Part shown: one piece after another, positions 41,866 through 56,401 of the stretch | Position numbering within the stretch: position 1 is the stretch's first letter | How the letters are laid out: the number at the start of each line of letters is the position of its first letter | Assembly (NCBI GenBank): GCA_951406725.2 | Contig: OX597825.1 | Location: 86,924,001 to 86,988,000 of the forward strand | From: Octopus vulgaris | Taxonomy: Eukaryota | Length of the DNA: 64,000 nt | Direction of reading: 5' to 3' | Made by a program: the position numbers and the translations under genes | The notes under the pieces: generated by a model | What the model saw: the letters and a program-made list of their open reading frames with translations, nothing else | What the model was told of the DNA's origin: nothing | Databases searched by the model: none

Positions 41866-43093
41866 CAGTATTTTATCAATGTTTTTATCATCCTTTGTGG
41901 ATGAGTTTATATATTCATATATACTTATACGAGTAAACACACACTTACACCCATATAGAAAATAAGAAGAAATTGATAATTTGCGGGATTTCGTACTTGA
42001 AGAAGTTATTCTGATGCTGGTAATAAAATATGGAAATTAGAAAAGTAATCTGAATATATTATCGTTGTAGAATTGTTTATACTTGTCTGATCCTTAAATT
42101 ATTTCTGTGTAAACGTAGGTCGTTTGAAAACAATAATTCAACGATCCCCTTGCACAGGCAACTGGAATATTCGTCGTCGTAATCGATGGAGATCCAGTTA
42201 TAGATCTACACCTACAATAACATACAACTGTAGTATTAAACTTGATCCTACATGTGGTCACCGATGTCTCTGTACATCAATTTTTCTACAACAAGCGTTC
42301 TGCCAATCGCATTTAAGATACACGCCATATTTGATACCGATTCACGTGTTCTTACCATAAAATGTTGGAGAAAAGTTTTAACAAAAAACAATGTTTCTCG
42401 CCTTTTTTTTACATTTAAAATTTGAGATTTTCTTGATTTGTGCTTCCATAAAACTAATCTTCTTTATTAAACGGATTTACTTTTGAAATCTGTAAATCTC
42501 TTTCTTACTATCCCTGAAAGCATCTAAGAACTTCCTGCTTCGTTCGACTTTTCAGGCAAGCTTTACCAAATAACTTATTGGTAACCATGTCACCTACACT
42601 TACATCAAATTCGAGAATAAATTTAGGAATTCTACAACTGAGAACAAATGTAAAGTTTTTTGTTTGCAAGCTGAGTTATAGTTGTGTGTCTTTTTTTTTT
42701 ACTATTAAATGTCTTTGCGTAAGCTTTTTCGTAGTTGCTGATAAAGAATTTGGATTGGCAATCTAGGATAAGACAAAAAAATTGCTTCTCTGACAGCTTG
42801 CTTTATGAATTGAGACACTTCTCGGCAACCGACAGACAACTGTTAAATACTGCCTGCTTTTACGTTCCGCCACTTTCATAAACCATTTTGTTTGGCAACT
42901 TCATCCTTTCTTTTCTCTCTTTCCTTTCTTTCTCCTCTTATTTAATGCAATGAATGATGTCAAATTGCATGTCTTTTAGTTTATCCTCGCTTGGTGCTGA
43001 ATGGAACAAATTGAAGAAATGGACGGCAACAAAAAAACAAAAAAAAACGAAAACATGATACAAATGTAACCATAAACAAAAGCAAGCAGAAAG

Positions 43094-43343
<250 letters not shown>

Positions 43344-43349
43344 GTAATA

Positions 43350-43389
<40 letters not shown>

Positions 43390-43390
43390 T

Positions 43391-43452
<62 letters not shown>

Positions 43453-45047
43453 TAATAATAATAATAATGAAAAACCTTTTTTTCCAACAGACAATTCTAA
43501 ATATTCCTGACAAAAGTATGGATAAAATTTTTATTTCACACAGAGATCAGTGCAGTATTTCTCAGCATATTGTCGACACAAGAAAAATAATTCTCTATTC
43601 TTTGGCTTCCATTAACAGCTTCCATTATTATTAGTTTTATTTCTTAGAGTTAGAACGAAGATCTTTAGAGTACAGTTAAGAATTTCGTTTTTAAATATCG
43701 ATTTTGGTTTCATTCATGTTTTTCTTTATATTAACTTAATGTATTCCAGAAGCTTTGTCACACACATACACAGACACACAACGACAGGCATACACATAAA
43801 TATAGAGGCAGATGAACATACACACATAGAAAAATTGTAAGGTATGGAAGACAAAAAGCGCAACATTATCTGTTTTTAACATGAAATGACTTGGCTCGAA
43901 AAAAAAGTGTTTTAATGTGATGTATTGAATAATTTACGGAAGACTAACTGTGAAACATTTATAACTTTAGTTTTTGCTGCATTGAAATATTTCGATAAAA
44001 GCTGAATTTTCTGATGATATTACATAGTGGAATTACTAGAAAATTTAAATACAAAAATTAAAAAAATTTCCCCGAAACCGTTTTTGGAAACACAACACAA
44101 ATGAACGGGTATTTCATTTAATCAAGAACCGCATAACGCTGAAAGGCTGCACATTTCGAGGTTACGATATCGCAGCCTCCTTCAACATTTCACCTTCGCC
44201 AAATGATAAAATCTCAAACAAAATTTTTCAATAATTTTTTTTGTCTGTAAAAAGAGAAAAAAAGAAAAAGCTTTACATCAATAATTATCTGAAAGGCGGA
44301 AGCTGTGTTTAACTCTTTGAAGTACCAGCTAATTAATCAAAGGTAAAACACAATTAAAACTTAAAAAGATGGAAATTATAGAAATAGATTAGTTAAATCT
44401 AATTAATCCATTAACAGCCCGTATTCAATTAATGATGTTCATAAGTAACAGAGGTAGAGGTCGCTGCTCGTCTGGCCATCCCGAGTTCAAATACTGCCAT
44501 TGATTACCATTCCTTCTCAATTCTTTATTGTTGTCCAAACAAGAACAAACCCTGGAGGGTATGTGGATGGTGTATATGGGGGTATGCCGGTTTATCCAAT
44601 CTATTATGACCACCGCTGATCATTTTTGGTTTTGTTATGGAAAAGCCAACAAAAGAAGGAAAAAGGAATAATATTTCAAGTAAATTAGAACAAACAGACA
44701 CTTGGATGGAAAAACAGAAAATCGTTCGTAGGATTCGAACCAACACTTTGTCTAAATAGGCCAAATGCGAAAGAAATACTTTCTCTCCATTTCGAGCTTT
44801 GTCCTTATCATCGATAATTGTAAGATGTGTACAATACAAAAACATTGAATCTTTGAGAGATACGAAGTAAATTTTCTTCTACAGTGAAACACGAATTTCA
44901 TGAAACTAGAAATAGCAGCGTCAAGAATTTTGGGCTACAAAAACTAACTTTTAGCAGGAAAAAAGCTGAAGGCTGTCTTCGACCTTTTCTCATCAAACAC
45001 TTTTTAAAAAACCTCTTTACACGCTATTATTTATAATTTTATTTAAA

Positions 45048-45265
45048 GCACCGAGCTGGCAGAATTGTTACCGTGCCGGGCACAAGAAATCGCTTTGTGT
45101 CATTTAGACCGTCATTACGTTCTGAGTCCAAATTCAACTGAGGTCGGCTGTAAATTCCCTTCTTTCGGGATCAGCAAAATAAATACCAGCCGAGCACAGG
45201 GGACCGATATAATCGACTTACTCGTGTCCCCGAAATTGTTGGCCTTGCGCCAAAATTTGGAACTA
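45048..45265 (+). mobile_element. tRNA-derived SINE (Meta-domain-like)
   Basis: cgagctggcagaattgtta...acgttctgagtccaaattc...ctttcgggatc...atataatcgactta. Confidence 0.8.
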
Positions 45266-45629
45266 TTATTTCTACTTTGAGTTTCACAGTTAAAAGCAAC
45301 AATTCACTACAAATCACTCGATGTTTGTAAATTGTTAAAATGTAAATATATTGCAAATAGTTTACGAAGAAAGATGCAGATATGTTAAACATTCGTCATT
45401 CTTTCGGCGGTATTTAGTCAAGAAGAATTACAAGAGTTGAGCTCCAAACATGAAAACGTGTAAAAATGATTCCATTGGTCGTATTCATAAAATGGCTTCT
45501 TTGTTTTAACGTTGTGAATATAATAACACTGAGTGGAGCGGAAATAACGGATTTCCCTTGTTATTTCCGCACCAACCGGAAGTAACATACTGACTCGTAT
45601 ACTTTATATACACATGTATGATTATTTGA

Positions 45630-45674
<45 letters not shown>

Positions 45675-46467
45675 TAAATAAATGGCACAACGAAGCACCG
45701 ATATATATATTTATATATAAATTTATGTATTTATTCACATACTGCTTTCTCTTGATTTTCCATCCCTATCTGTCTAAACATACACACACTTATATATGTA
45801 TATAAATGTGTGTGTGTGTGTGTGTGTTGAAGTGATGTAAGCAGTTAACTCTGTCCTAATGTTTTGAACGATTCAAAATAAGCGAGAGTTCTTAAGACTT
45901 AAGTTAGAATTTATGTGAATTTGAAAAGAAATGACATTTAATACAGAATTTCTTAAAGCAGCTACATTACGTGGTAGCTCCTAGCAATATTTAGTATCCA
46001 ATAAATTATGTAACAATACACGAGAGATGTTTGGATTACGCTGAAGTCACTAAAGTCAAACTTCCAACATATTTGTAGCTGATGATTCCATACATACTCA
46101 GCTTAAAAGAATTAGGAAACCTTGTCTGAATATCTGAATATAAGGAAAAAGATGTCATTGATAACGTTAGAAATGTCTTGATGAAACGAGAGCTTTTCTC
46201 ATGAGTAGCTGAGCAATTGTCCTGGTGGAGAAACGGTCAAAGTAACCAAGGATAATTACAAGATGTATTGTGTTTAAAGGACTGCTTATTCATCAGAGTT
46301 ACGCATGTATTCGTCTTTCTGCCTGTCTGTCTTTCTATACAATGTGCAGGCAAAGTACGTACCTATATTCATATTGTAAAGCCAACAAACCCAAAACGGA
46401 CACCAAAGGATGACCGGAGTTTGGAATTTATTGCATTAGTTTAACTCTTCAATGCACAGAGATTGGT

Positions 46468-46501
46468 TTTGACGTTTTGGTTGTTAGTCCTTCATCAGAA
46501 G
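46468..46501 (-). ncRNA. degenerate minimal hammerhead-like motif
   Basis: Reverse complement reads TT CTGATGA A GG actaacaa CC aAAAC GTC AA. The G12->A change is at a CpG. Confidence 0.4.
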
Positions 46502-46877
46502 AAAAGAAGGTAAATAATGTGCACAGGGAGACTGGAAATGAGAAGTAATGAATGCATAATGGAAAGAAAAGGAAAGGTGAAGGACGTTGTAGGGTTAGAA
46601 GCCGAGGTAGAAGGCTATCTTATGGGAGAAGAGAGAGAATAAGGGAGGAAAGCGTGGCATTGGAATGTAGCTGTGTCTGAAATAGGACACAAGGAGGAAT
46701 GGTGTGTGTGTGTGTGGATGTGTGTGTGCATGTGAGCATTACTGAGGAGTGCATATCTGTAGAGATGTGTATACGATGCTGTGCGGATATGTGATTATTG
46801 GGTGTACATTGCAGACGCGTGTATATGATGAACTGAAGGTGTGTAAGATTAAAGTTGTACAGGGGAGAGCTTGAGTG

Positions 46878-46950
<73 letters not shown>

Positions 46951-47435
46951 GTATACTGCAACACTTCAGGATCTACTTCTAATCCGTTTGCTAATTCAAT
47001 ATTTAATCAGGTTTCTACTCAACTTACAATTCTATCGAGTGGCGCAAACGTAACGGAGTAATTCCACTGCATGCATGTATGTGTGTATGTATGTGTGTGT
47101 ATGTGTATGTATGTGAGTGTGTATGTATGTATGTGAGTGTGTATGTATGTATGTATCTATGTATGTATGTGTGTGTGTGTGTATGTATGTATTCATGTAT
47201 GTATGTATGTGTGTATATATGTATGTATGTGTGTGTGTGTGTATGTATGTATTCATGTATGTATGTATCTATTTATCTATGTGTGAGCATTTTTTATAAA
47301 CATAGAAACGTCGAGCAAGTTGATTTTTTTTTTGAGAAATTAAGATAATCTCGAACGGAAGAGAATAACTGTGAAAACAGCTTTTAGAAAATCGGGTAAA
47401 TATAGGCCTATAGGCTGGAGAAGTGGCCAGCAACT

Positions 47436-47529
<94 letters not shown>

Positions 47530-48922
47530 ATATACACACACACAAATATATATAATAAGAGTGACTGTTCTGATAAAACTCGTTTTTTTTTTATATACTG
47601 TAATTGATGATGTTAATGAAAAAAAAACGAAAAGAATGTAGTTTTACATATAAGAATATCAACTGAGAACAGCGAATGGAACAAATGTGAAAATTGTTTT
47701 TAAAGAATATCTCGAAGCACACCTAAAGCCGTAAATAAATAAAGGCATGGACATATCGGATTGCAGAACTCTTTTGGATTGAAACAATGAGAGGCAGACA
47801 AAAGTTGGACTCGCTTTTTGTCAACCGCAGAAAAAAACCCGCATCATTCGAAATAGATGAAGCATGCAATTTTCTTTTGATATAAGTCCCTAAATTTTCG
47901 TCAGGGTTTATCACACCCTGGCCTTTTACCCAATAGAGTAATATCACTTGATCTTAAGCAAGACTTTCACAAAATTTATAGAATTTATAAAATACTGTTG
48001 GAATATAATGCAGTTATGAATAATTATTTGTGTACGTTACCTTTTCTCAATATCTAGGAAGAATTTGGAGTTTATCAATTTAAAGTTTAGCAATTTAAAG
48101 TTTGTCGATTTGAAGTTTATCTATTTATCTCGAGGCATTAAATGTCAATTGTTTTGTCAGATATATCTCGACCGCATATTAATAGAAACGTATTATTTGT
48201 TTAGCTGCGGGTTTGCTCTTTGAAATTGATTATCCACGGACAATCGAATGCAAATTACTTAACGGATGTTCTTTACTTAAACCAGTTCTCTTCAATTTCT
48301 AAGATCCCTGCCAATCTGCCGATGGTTCTGGATGTTATTTGCAGGCGTAATATTGTTTATATATTAGTTGTAAGTCTTAGAAGAAAATCGAAATATTTAT
48401 ATGATCGATATATTATTTTCTCAGTGCTGAATGTGAGTGAATGACACCAAGAGACGTAAACAGAGATGCAGCACAAAGACAATGAATCTGGCACTAAATT
48501 TAAAGTGTTGTGCCACAGTCCGCCTGGTCTGCAAATAATTTGTATCCAACTGTCTCGCGAGGTTGAGACGGATCTTTCTGAACAGTAACAACAGGTATAT
48601 TGAGCTCAATCCATTCCAGAGACTCTGTCTATCGCCAACCGAAGCAGCGATTTGATAGTCAGATGACTGTTCCATTAATGTTTGGAATTTTGGTGTATTT
48701 CCAGTTTCTGATATATCAAAGAGAAGATGAAATTATAAAATGATATTTCATGATTATAACATAACGATACGTGAGATAAATTAATGAATTTTGTTATTTA
48801 GAAATATCTGGTAGATAATTAGTTCTTATCTTCATAGTAAAATTATATTTTCAAAGATTCTAACATACTATATACATACATACATACATACGTGTTTTAC
48901 ATATATATATATAATATACAAG

Positions 48923-48955
<33 letters not shown>

Positions 48956-49499
48956 ACGGATATACTTATGTAGATATTGATTTGTAGGCACTTATTTATG
49001 TATGTTTTTATATTCACATATGTGCATATATATGTATGTCTGTATAGGTATATACGTATAGATATGTGCACATAAATGCAAACACACATGTGTGCGTGCG
49101 TCTGTGTGTCTATGTGTGCATTTGGAAGTATGTGTATGTGCACATACAATTGTCCAGGAGCTCTTCCCCTAATCTCCTCATATCATGACCTTCACAGTTG
49201 AGTGCACGCGTTGATGTGTTTATTCAGCCGGTGTTGTGTAACATGAAGCGGCACTTAACGGCCGTCTGGACTGAGCTGATGCCTCTACCGCTCCCCATTC
49301 GTTTAATGCAGGTCCCGTCAGTGTCACTATTGACATGGACGTTCGCATTCATTGTTAATTTTTTCCTAATCATGATGTCCCAAGTTACGGATAGCTCCAG
49401 GTTTATTTCTTCTCCCTTGCCTGCTAATCCGTCACTACAGCAGGTCCATTGAGATATCCTGGATATATCCATGGAATAGTTTTCCTTAATCCTAATATA

Positions 49500-49690
49500 G
49501 CTCAGGCTCAGCAATTTTGGGGGCAGTGGGGGTCAGTCGATTATATAAACCACTGTTACTTATCTTATTGATCCCGAAAGAATGAAGGGTAAAGCCGACC
49601 TTAGCGAAATTTTAAATCAGAACGTATAAACGGACGAAATACCGCTAAGCATTTTGTCCGGCGTGCTAAAGGTTCTGCCAATTCGCTGCT
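49500..49690 (-). mobile_element. tRNA-derived SINE (Meta-domain-like)
   Basis: gacgaaataccgctaagcattttgtccggcgtgctaa..ttctgcca is the reverse complement of the SINE head. Confidence 0.82.
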
Positions 49691-50099
49691 TTAACTTAAT
49701 CCTAATATTAATACCCCACATCATATCTCACACCCCAAATCCTAATACCACCCTTAATCCTCATATAAATCATATAATCATCAGTTTATCAATTAAAAGT
49801 AAAATAGAATTTGCAATAACAATTTTTTATTCCGTAAAACAACTGCTTCTTACTTTAGTGATAGCGTGTATTCCTTGAATTTGACTGATAATTAATCCTA
49901 TGCTAACAAGGATATTAATTAATACACAGATCTTCATAACGATTTTATAGCGGCTTTACCGTAATTTCAGCTTTTGCATGTATTTCCATTTCGATTTAAC
50001 ATCAGAGACACGGGCGTATATTTTCATATCAAGTTGCCCTGCTTAATAACATGAGAATATGTTGGAACTCCTAAACCAACACACACACAACACACGCAA

Positions 50100-50130
<31 letters not shown>

Positions 50131-50349
50131 CATTGAGCTTCGCTTCATGCATACAGACAATGTCATCGAATTTATATTCAGTGTACAAACAGTTCTCATC
50201 CCTCCACGCCATCCTCACATCGTTTACGTAACGTAATCTGACTCTTTTCAAATCTATTGCCTCTTCATTATTTTTTCCAATACAACACTTCTATCTCCTC
50301 CAACAACCATCTTCATCCTTAATCGTGCATACATACATACATGCATATA

Positions 50350-50389
<40 letters not shown>

Positions 50390-50612
50390 TATATATATAT
50401 ATATATATGTATACAGAAACTCACATATATACACATTTGCGTAACATTCATATATATATACATATCTATCTATGCATATAATATTTATATATTTACAAAC
50501 ACACAAACATAACAAATTTATATACATGATAAACATTCACATATGATATACAGTTTGGAGTGCCTTGTCAAGCATTAACCCTACATACACACACATACAG
50601 ATATATATACAT

Positions 50613-50649
<37 letters not shown>

Positions 50650-50664
50650 AATACATATACATGC

Positions 50665-50699
<35 letters not shown>

Positions 50700-51899
50700 T
50701 ATATGCATGCCAATATGCATTACACATATATAGCAGCTGATGATCTTCCATGAAACACTTATCATATATACACGTATATATATATGTGTGTAGTATATAT
50801 GCACACTCACATGCGCTCGCACACACACATAAACATAAACATATACAAGCTTAAAATGTAAACTTGAATGCAAAACAACGCAAAATGCATACACATTCAC
50901 ACACACACACGAATTGCGTCTGTTTGTTTACGCTAGATCCATATTTACATACATATATATATATATATATATACATATATATGCCCTTGTGGAATGATAC
51001 GTGTGTATGTGTGAGAGAGAGAGTCTATCTCTGTTGATGTGAATGCATGTATCATTTTTCTTTCTCCTTCTCCATCTCCAGTATTATTCCATTTTAATTT
51101 AAACTTTCGCAAATCTACCTTCCGCTTCCTGTCACCTCTACATCCTGTATTCACCCCTCCCGTCCCACCATGTTATTGTTGCTGATATATTTCAACATAC
51201 GTGTGTCAAACGAATGTAGGATTTTCTTTTTTCACTCCTTTCTCTCGACACGAATTTTCCATGTTTTAAATGAAAATCGTGTCCTCTCCTATTGTCAATT
51301 TCTCCACAGCATGTTGATTTTTATACACATATTTACTATAAGCTAAGATTTATTATTAATCTGAGAATACATACCTGCTCATGAAATGTATTTAGCGACA
51401 AGCCTGTCTCTTTGATTTTTCTCTTCAAATCTCTGTCTAATTTATGTTTTAAAAGCGGTTGATACGGATCGGGCTTTTCAACAAATTCCATCTAATATTG
51501 ACATAAAGATATTTTATATATTAAATCGATCTTCATTCATTTCAATATTGACTTTGAGTTTCGCCCTGTCGATTTGTTTGATTGTTTCTCCATGCCCTCC
51601 CCTCCTTCTGACTCTCCATTTATTTATATCCATTAGGATTAATTAAAATAGTGAGGGTAGAAATTGATTTCAATCAATTAACATCAATTTAAACCAGTGG
51701 TCTAGAATATTCAAAAAAAATCCGAAGATTTAAAATTTATATTACAATTAATTACCACTAATGGGGATTAGTGGTCATTTCTCTTATTAATTGTAATATC
51801 CATTAGGATTTACATATTTATTGACCAATAAAACTATATATCAATGCCATACGTATACATACATACATAAATACATACATACATACATACATACATACA

Positions 51900-51930
<31 letters not shown>

Positions 51931-52194
51931 TGATATATAGAAAATGGCTAAATTCACTTGGGTGTGAACTTGGGGTATTTCCAGAAAACCACTCAACATG
52001 AATACTGGGCCATCAACGCTGTCGGCATCCAAGCCAAGGCTGTGATAATCCAAGCTTCGCGACGATTATATCGTCATGGGGTCTGGCGAAGAGTAAATAA
52101 TCCAAGGAAAAGAAGACAAAGAACATTCTTGAACACTTCTTTGATTCAAAGAATTTTCTTTGTCTTCTTCTTTTCTTTGGATTGCAAATTCTTT

Positions 52195-52392
52195 TATTTT
52201 TATATTTCTTTCAGTCATTTGACTGCTGCCATGCTGGAGGTGGGGGGAGTTAGTGGAACAAATCGACCCCAGGACTTATTCTTTGTAATCCTAGTACTTA
52301 TTTTATCGGTTCATTTGCCGAACCGCAATATCACGGGAACGTAAACACACCAACATCAGTTGTCAAGAAATGGTGGGAGGACAAACACGGAC
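52195..52392 (-). mobile_element. 3' part of octopus-type SINE
   Basis: tttcagtcatttgactgctgccatgctggag...aaatcgaccccaggacttattctttgtaa is the reverse complement of 56400-56607. Confidence 0.8.
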
Positions 52393-52746
52393 AAATATAT
52401 ACATACACACGCACACATACACGCACGCACACATACACGCACGCACACACACATACTAGCAGGAAGACCGCCTTCCGTGCGGTTTTCTGCTAATCACTTC
52501 ATAATATTTTCGCATTTGATTCCCAATTCTAATAATTTTTATGATATTCTACGCCTAATTATTTCTTTGCATAATAGTGCTCAGTTGCTTAGTAAATATT
52601 GCTTTCATTATTTTAATAATAATAATCTATCTTTTTTAAACAAACATCACGGAAGTCCAACCACAGAGGGAGAAGCAGTTTGTCAAGTTTTACCTTCCCC
52701 TCAAAGCAACATAGAGATTTTAATTTAGCAGCCCATCTTTAAACTT

Positions 52747-52807
<61 letters not shown>

Positions 52808-53354
52808 GAGGACAGAGAGAACATTGCAAACAATGAATGAAATAAACATGAAATGAAAAAAATCATTTAAATAAAGGATATTACTACAGATGTATACGAC
52901 CCCCGACTTTGTTGCCTCATAACATCAAAAAAAAAATGGATACATTTTTTACAAAATTTTCTACTAATACCGTTTAGATGTTGTGGCTTCAGAGTAAATA
53001 GGGATTTATGGGAATAAATGGTGGGGGGTGGGGGAGAGGAGTTTCGGAAATCCGACTGTTTTCCCTCATAATTTTCAGAAAAATGGGTATCTTTCAATGG
53101 AAGTTTATACAAATCCTTCCAAAAGGCATAGATTACAATTATAAAGAATTTTTTTAAAACCACAGCCTTCGAAATGATAGGGCTAGTGAGGGACATCTTT
53201 GTATGAAAAAAGCTTTGAAAACTCTTTTGTTTTACACCCCCTCCCTCATCATTCCACTCCGAACCTATTTTGGCCAACTTTCTTTTTCACTTCAGAACCA
53301 TGGGAAGAGCATTTTCGGTAAAGAACAAAAAATGTTAACATTTTCAGAGGGAAA

Positions 53355-53735
53355 GGCAACGAGCTGGCAGAATCGTTAGCACGCCGGGCGAAATGCTTAG
53401 CGGTATTTTATCTGCCGCTACGTTCTGAGTTCAAATTCCGCCGAGGTCGACTTTGCTTTTCATCCTTTCGGGGTCGATTAAATAAGTACCAGTTATGCAC
53501 TAAGATCGATATAATCGACTTAATCCGTTTGTCCTCTCTGTATTTAGCCCCTTGTGGGTAGTAAAGAAATAGGTATTTCGTCTGTGTTTACGTTCTGAGT
53601 TCAAATTCCACCGAGGTCGACTTTGCTTTCATCCTTTCGGGGTCGAGAAATTAAGTACGAGTTGCGTATTGGGGTCGATCTAATCGACTGGCCCTCTCCT
53701 CAAAAATTTCCTCGCCTTGTGCCCAGAGTAGGAAA
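53355..53735 (+). mobile_element. well-preserved tRNA-derived SINE with internal direct duplication
   Basis: A/B-box-like head. The block ggtattt..tacgttctgagttcaaattcc.ccgaggtcgactttgctttcatcctttcggggtcga..taagtac..aatcgact occurs twice (~53402-53520 and ~53572-53689). Confidence 0.88.
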
Positions 53736-53737
53736 TA

Positions 53738-54085
53738 TCTTCTTCTTCTTCTTCTTTTTCTTCTTCTTCTTCTTCTTCTTCTTCTTCTTCTTCTTCTTCT
53801 TCTTCTTCTTCTTCTTTTCTTCTTTTTCTTCTTCTTTTCTTCTTCTTCTTCTTCCTCTTCTTCTTCTTCTTCTTCTGCATCTTCTTCTTCTTCTTCTTCT
53901 TCTTCTTCTTCTTCTTCTGCATCTTCTTCTTCTTCTTCTTCTTCTTCTTCTTCTTCATCTTCTTCTTCTTCATCTTCTTCTTCTTCTTTTTTTTCTTCTT
54001 CTTCTTCTTCTTCATCTTCTTCTTCTTCTCCTTCTTCTTCTTCTTCTTCTTCTTCTTTTTCTTCTTCTTCTTCTTTTTCTTCTTC
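53738..54085. repeat. (CTT)n microsatellite at the SINE 3' end
   Basis: Read directly. Explains ORFs 53623-54138 and 53680-54132. Confidence 0.96.
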
Positions 54086-54350
54086 CTCTTGCTCTTCCCT
54101 ACCAAGAATTCACAATGACCTCGAACCCACAAGAGTAAACAAGAGAGACGGAGACAGGCAGAAACAAGGAAAATGCCACTTATATTTGAACACTATACAA
54201 ATATTCTTTTAAAAAAAATGTTTTTCTTTTAATTTATCCAAAATATAATTGTTTTCCATACTTACAGTTGAAAAAGTCTCAATGACAGAAAGCGGTACTG
54301 AAATGGTTTTTATAAAATTATTTTAGCATTTTCTATCTTGACTTTTTTTC

Positions 54351-54406
<56 letters not shown>

Positions 54407-54413
<7 letters not shown>

Positions 54414-54735
54414 CTATTTGGGGATGGTCATGTTGCCAGTTTATCCAATGAAAACATACGCACTGTTATATTTGGTGTTCACTTGCTTCAGCTTTATTTC
54501 ATATTAATTTTATTTATATGAGTTCTTTCGTCACACTTCTGTGACCTCATCAGTGGTCCTTTGCTTTCTTGTTTCTTCTTTGTGTTTCTCCTTCTAATGA
54601 CCTGCCATTTTGAAACAAGTCTGGCCGAAATACAATTAATATAAAATAAAGCTGAAGCAAGTGAAGCCCAAATACATAGTGCGTGTATTTTTATTGGCTC
54701 AACTGGCAACATGACCATCCCCAAATACAACAATA
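54407..54735. mobile_element. fold-back element with split HHR halves
   Basis: Arms ~54407-54510 and ~54634-54735. The - strand at 54526-54559 reads GGACCA CTGATGA G GTCAC agaagt GTGAC GAAA. The + strand at 54612-54626 reads GAAAC AA GTC TGGCC. Confidence 0.8.
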
Positions 54736-54865
54736 TCTGTTTCAACACACGAATTCATATCAAGAACCTTGCAAAACGAATACATAAATATATGTATATA
54801 TATGTTTACTGATGTGTCTGCATATATATATGTATATCACTTTTATAATAAAATTAATTAATTTT

Positions 54866-55200
54866 TTGTACAAATCTGCGTCCTCCAGCTTTGGTGGACG
54901 GCAGTAGGCGTTCAATATCTGACTGTTGTGAAATGACAGTTCAACAAGAGTGTGTGTTGTCTGTCATTGTTGTGAGATTAGTACATATATGCATCATTAA
55001 TATGTTGGAATTGATTTATTTAAACAATCTCTGCTCGCTGAATTGACCTTGTATGTTCATCGAAAGAAATCTACAGTTGATTGTCAACAAGATGTTTTCT
55101 GTCGCACTTTTTCTGTCTATCTCATCAATTTTTAATACAGATTTCTTTTAAATTATTCTTGTTGCAATGATAACTTGTCAGTTTTTCTTCTCTCTTAATG
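54866..55200 (-). pseudogene. decayed RT fragment of an R4/R2-group non-LTR retrotransposon
   Basis: The - strand reads SDIERLLPSTKAGGRRFVQ (cf. SDIERLYLPRKEGGRGL), with IDRK-like residues upstream. Confidence 0.45.
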
Positions 55201-56177
55201 ACAATAAAGAAACAATTTACTAAAATAAAGAAAAATAGGAAAAAATATTTGTATGCTTCCATTGAATTTAATTTGTTTCATGCTATTGTGTAGTGTTGCA
55301 TTCTGCCGTTCTACAAGAGATATGATCACACACACACACACACACACACACATGCGCGTGCGCGTTTACATTTTTATTATGCTATTCTATGGGATAGCCG
55401 GACATTTAAGCTAAACTGTATTTTCAAATTTTGCGGACCTGACTCAGTTCCTGCCGAAGTAGATTTCAAAACGATATGGTATTAATGTGATCCGTCAAAC
55501 GGACGGAGTCGGGATAGAACTCCAGAGAGAAGTTCAGCATTCCGATGTCAGAGAGTCTTTCCATTGCACCTCTTAACAGGAACTCATCCCTGAAAGTTTA
55601 AACTAAACTGGTTGTAAAGAAGAATAACAGTGCATTTCAGAAAACGTTACAGAAATAACTTAACCTGTGGGGAGTATGTGCTGCATCACGGGAAATCCAA
55701 GTTAGGCCCACCAGTTGATTGAATATGATGTCTTAAATGTTTTGAATATCAGTTGGAATATAGATGGTTCGTTTTCAAGTCAGAACTCGTCGAACTCTTC
55801 TTTGTATGCATTGAAGACTCATTGATGTTGGTGTGAATAGGTAACACGAAAGCTACTTTGGTTGTTGAAAATATCAGGAAAAGTGAAGATAAAGCAGTAT
55901 TTTGTTGTGTTGAAGTAACGAGCTCAATACGGAATAAATGGGGAATATTTTAGACCAAGAGCTTGGAAACAACAGAGGATGTTATTGATCAATTTTGGAA
56001 GTTCTTTGCTTGAGGTTAAGATTTCACTCGCACTCAAGCTCGACCTGATATGCTATTCGTGTCTCTAAAATGCCTTGTTAAGAGGACAGTTTAATCGTAA
56101 TTGTCAAAGGGTAATTTAATTGAAATTTAGAAATTACAGCAGTATGTATTTGTGAAAATTAGCCATGAGTGACTAAA

Positions 56178-56361
56178 GTGCAGGAGTGGCTGCGTGGCAA
56201 GTAGCTTGCTTACCAACCACCCAACCACATGGTTATGGGCTCAGTTCCACAGCATGGAAACTTAGGCAAATGTCTTCTACTATAGCCTCGAGCCGACCAA
56301 AGCCTTGCGAGCGGATATGGTAGACGGAAACTAAAAGAAGCCCGTCGTATATATATGTATT

Positions 56362-56401
<40 letters not shown>

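Noticed and set aside
48415-48440. Microexon between ttttctcag and gtgagt
   Set aside because: Short splice-like words are frequent by chance and cannot be supported without transcripts.
53355-53450. tRNA gene-like A/B boxes (also at 4058, 45048, 56178)
   Set aside because: They continue into a repeated SINE body, and I see no complete cloverleaf, so they are SINE heads rather than tRNA genes.
55730-55860. APE endonuclease start (ISWNIDG..IDVGV)
   Set aside because: The motif match is too short and broken to call as a feature.
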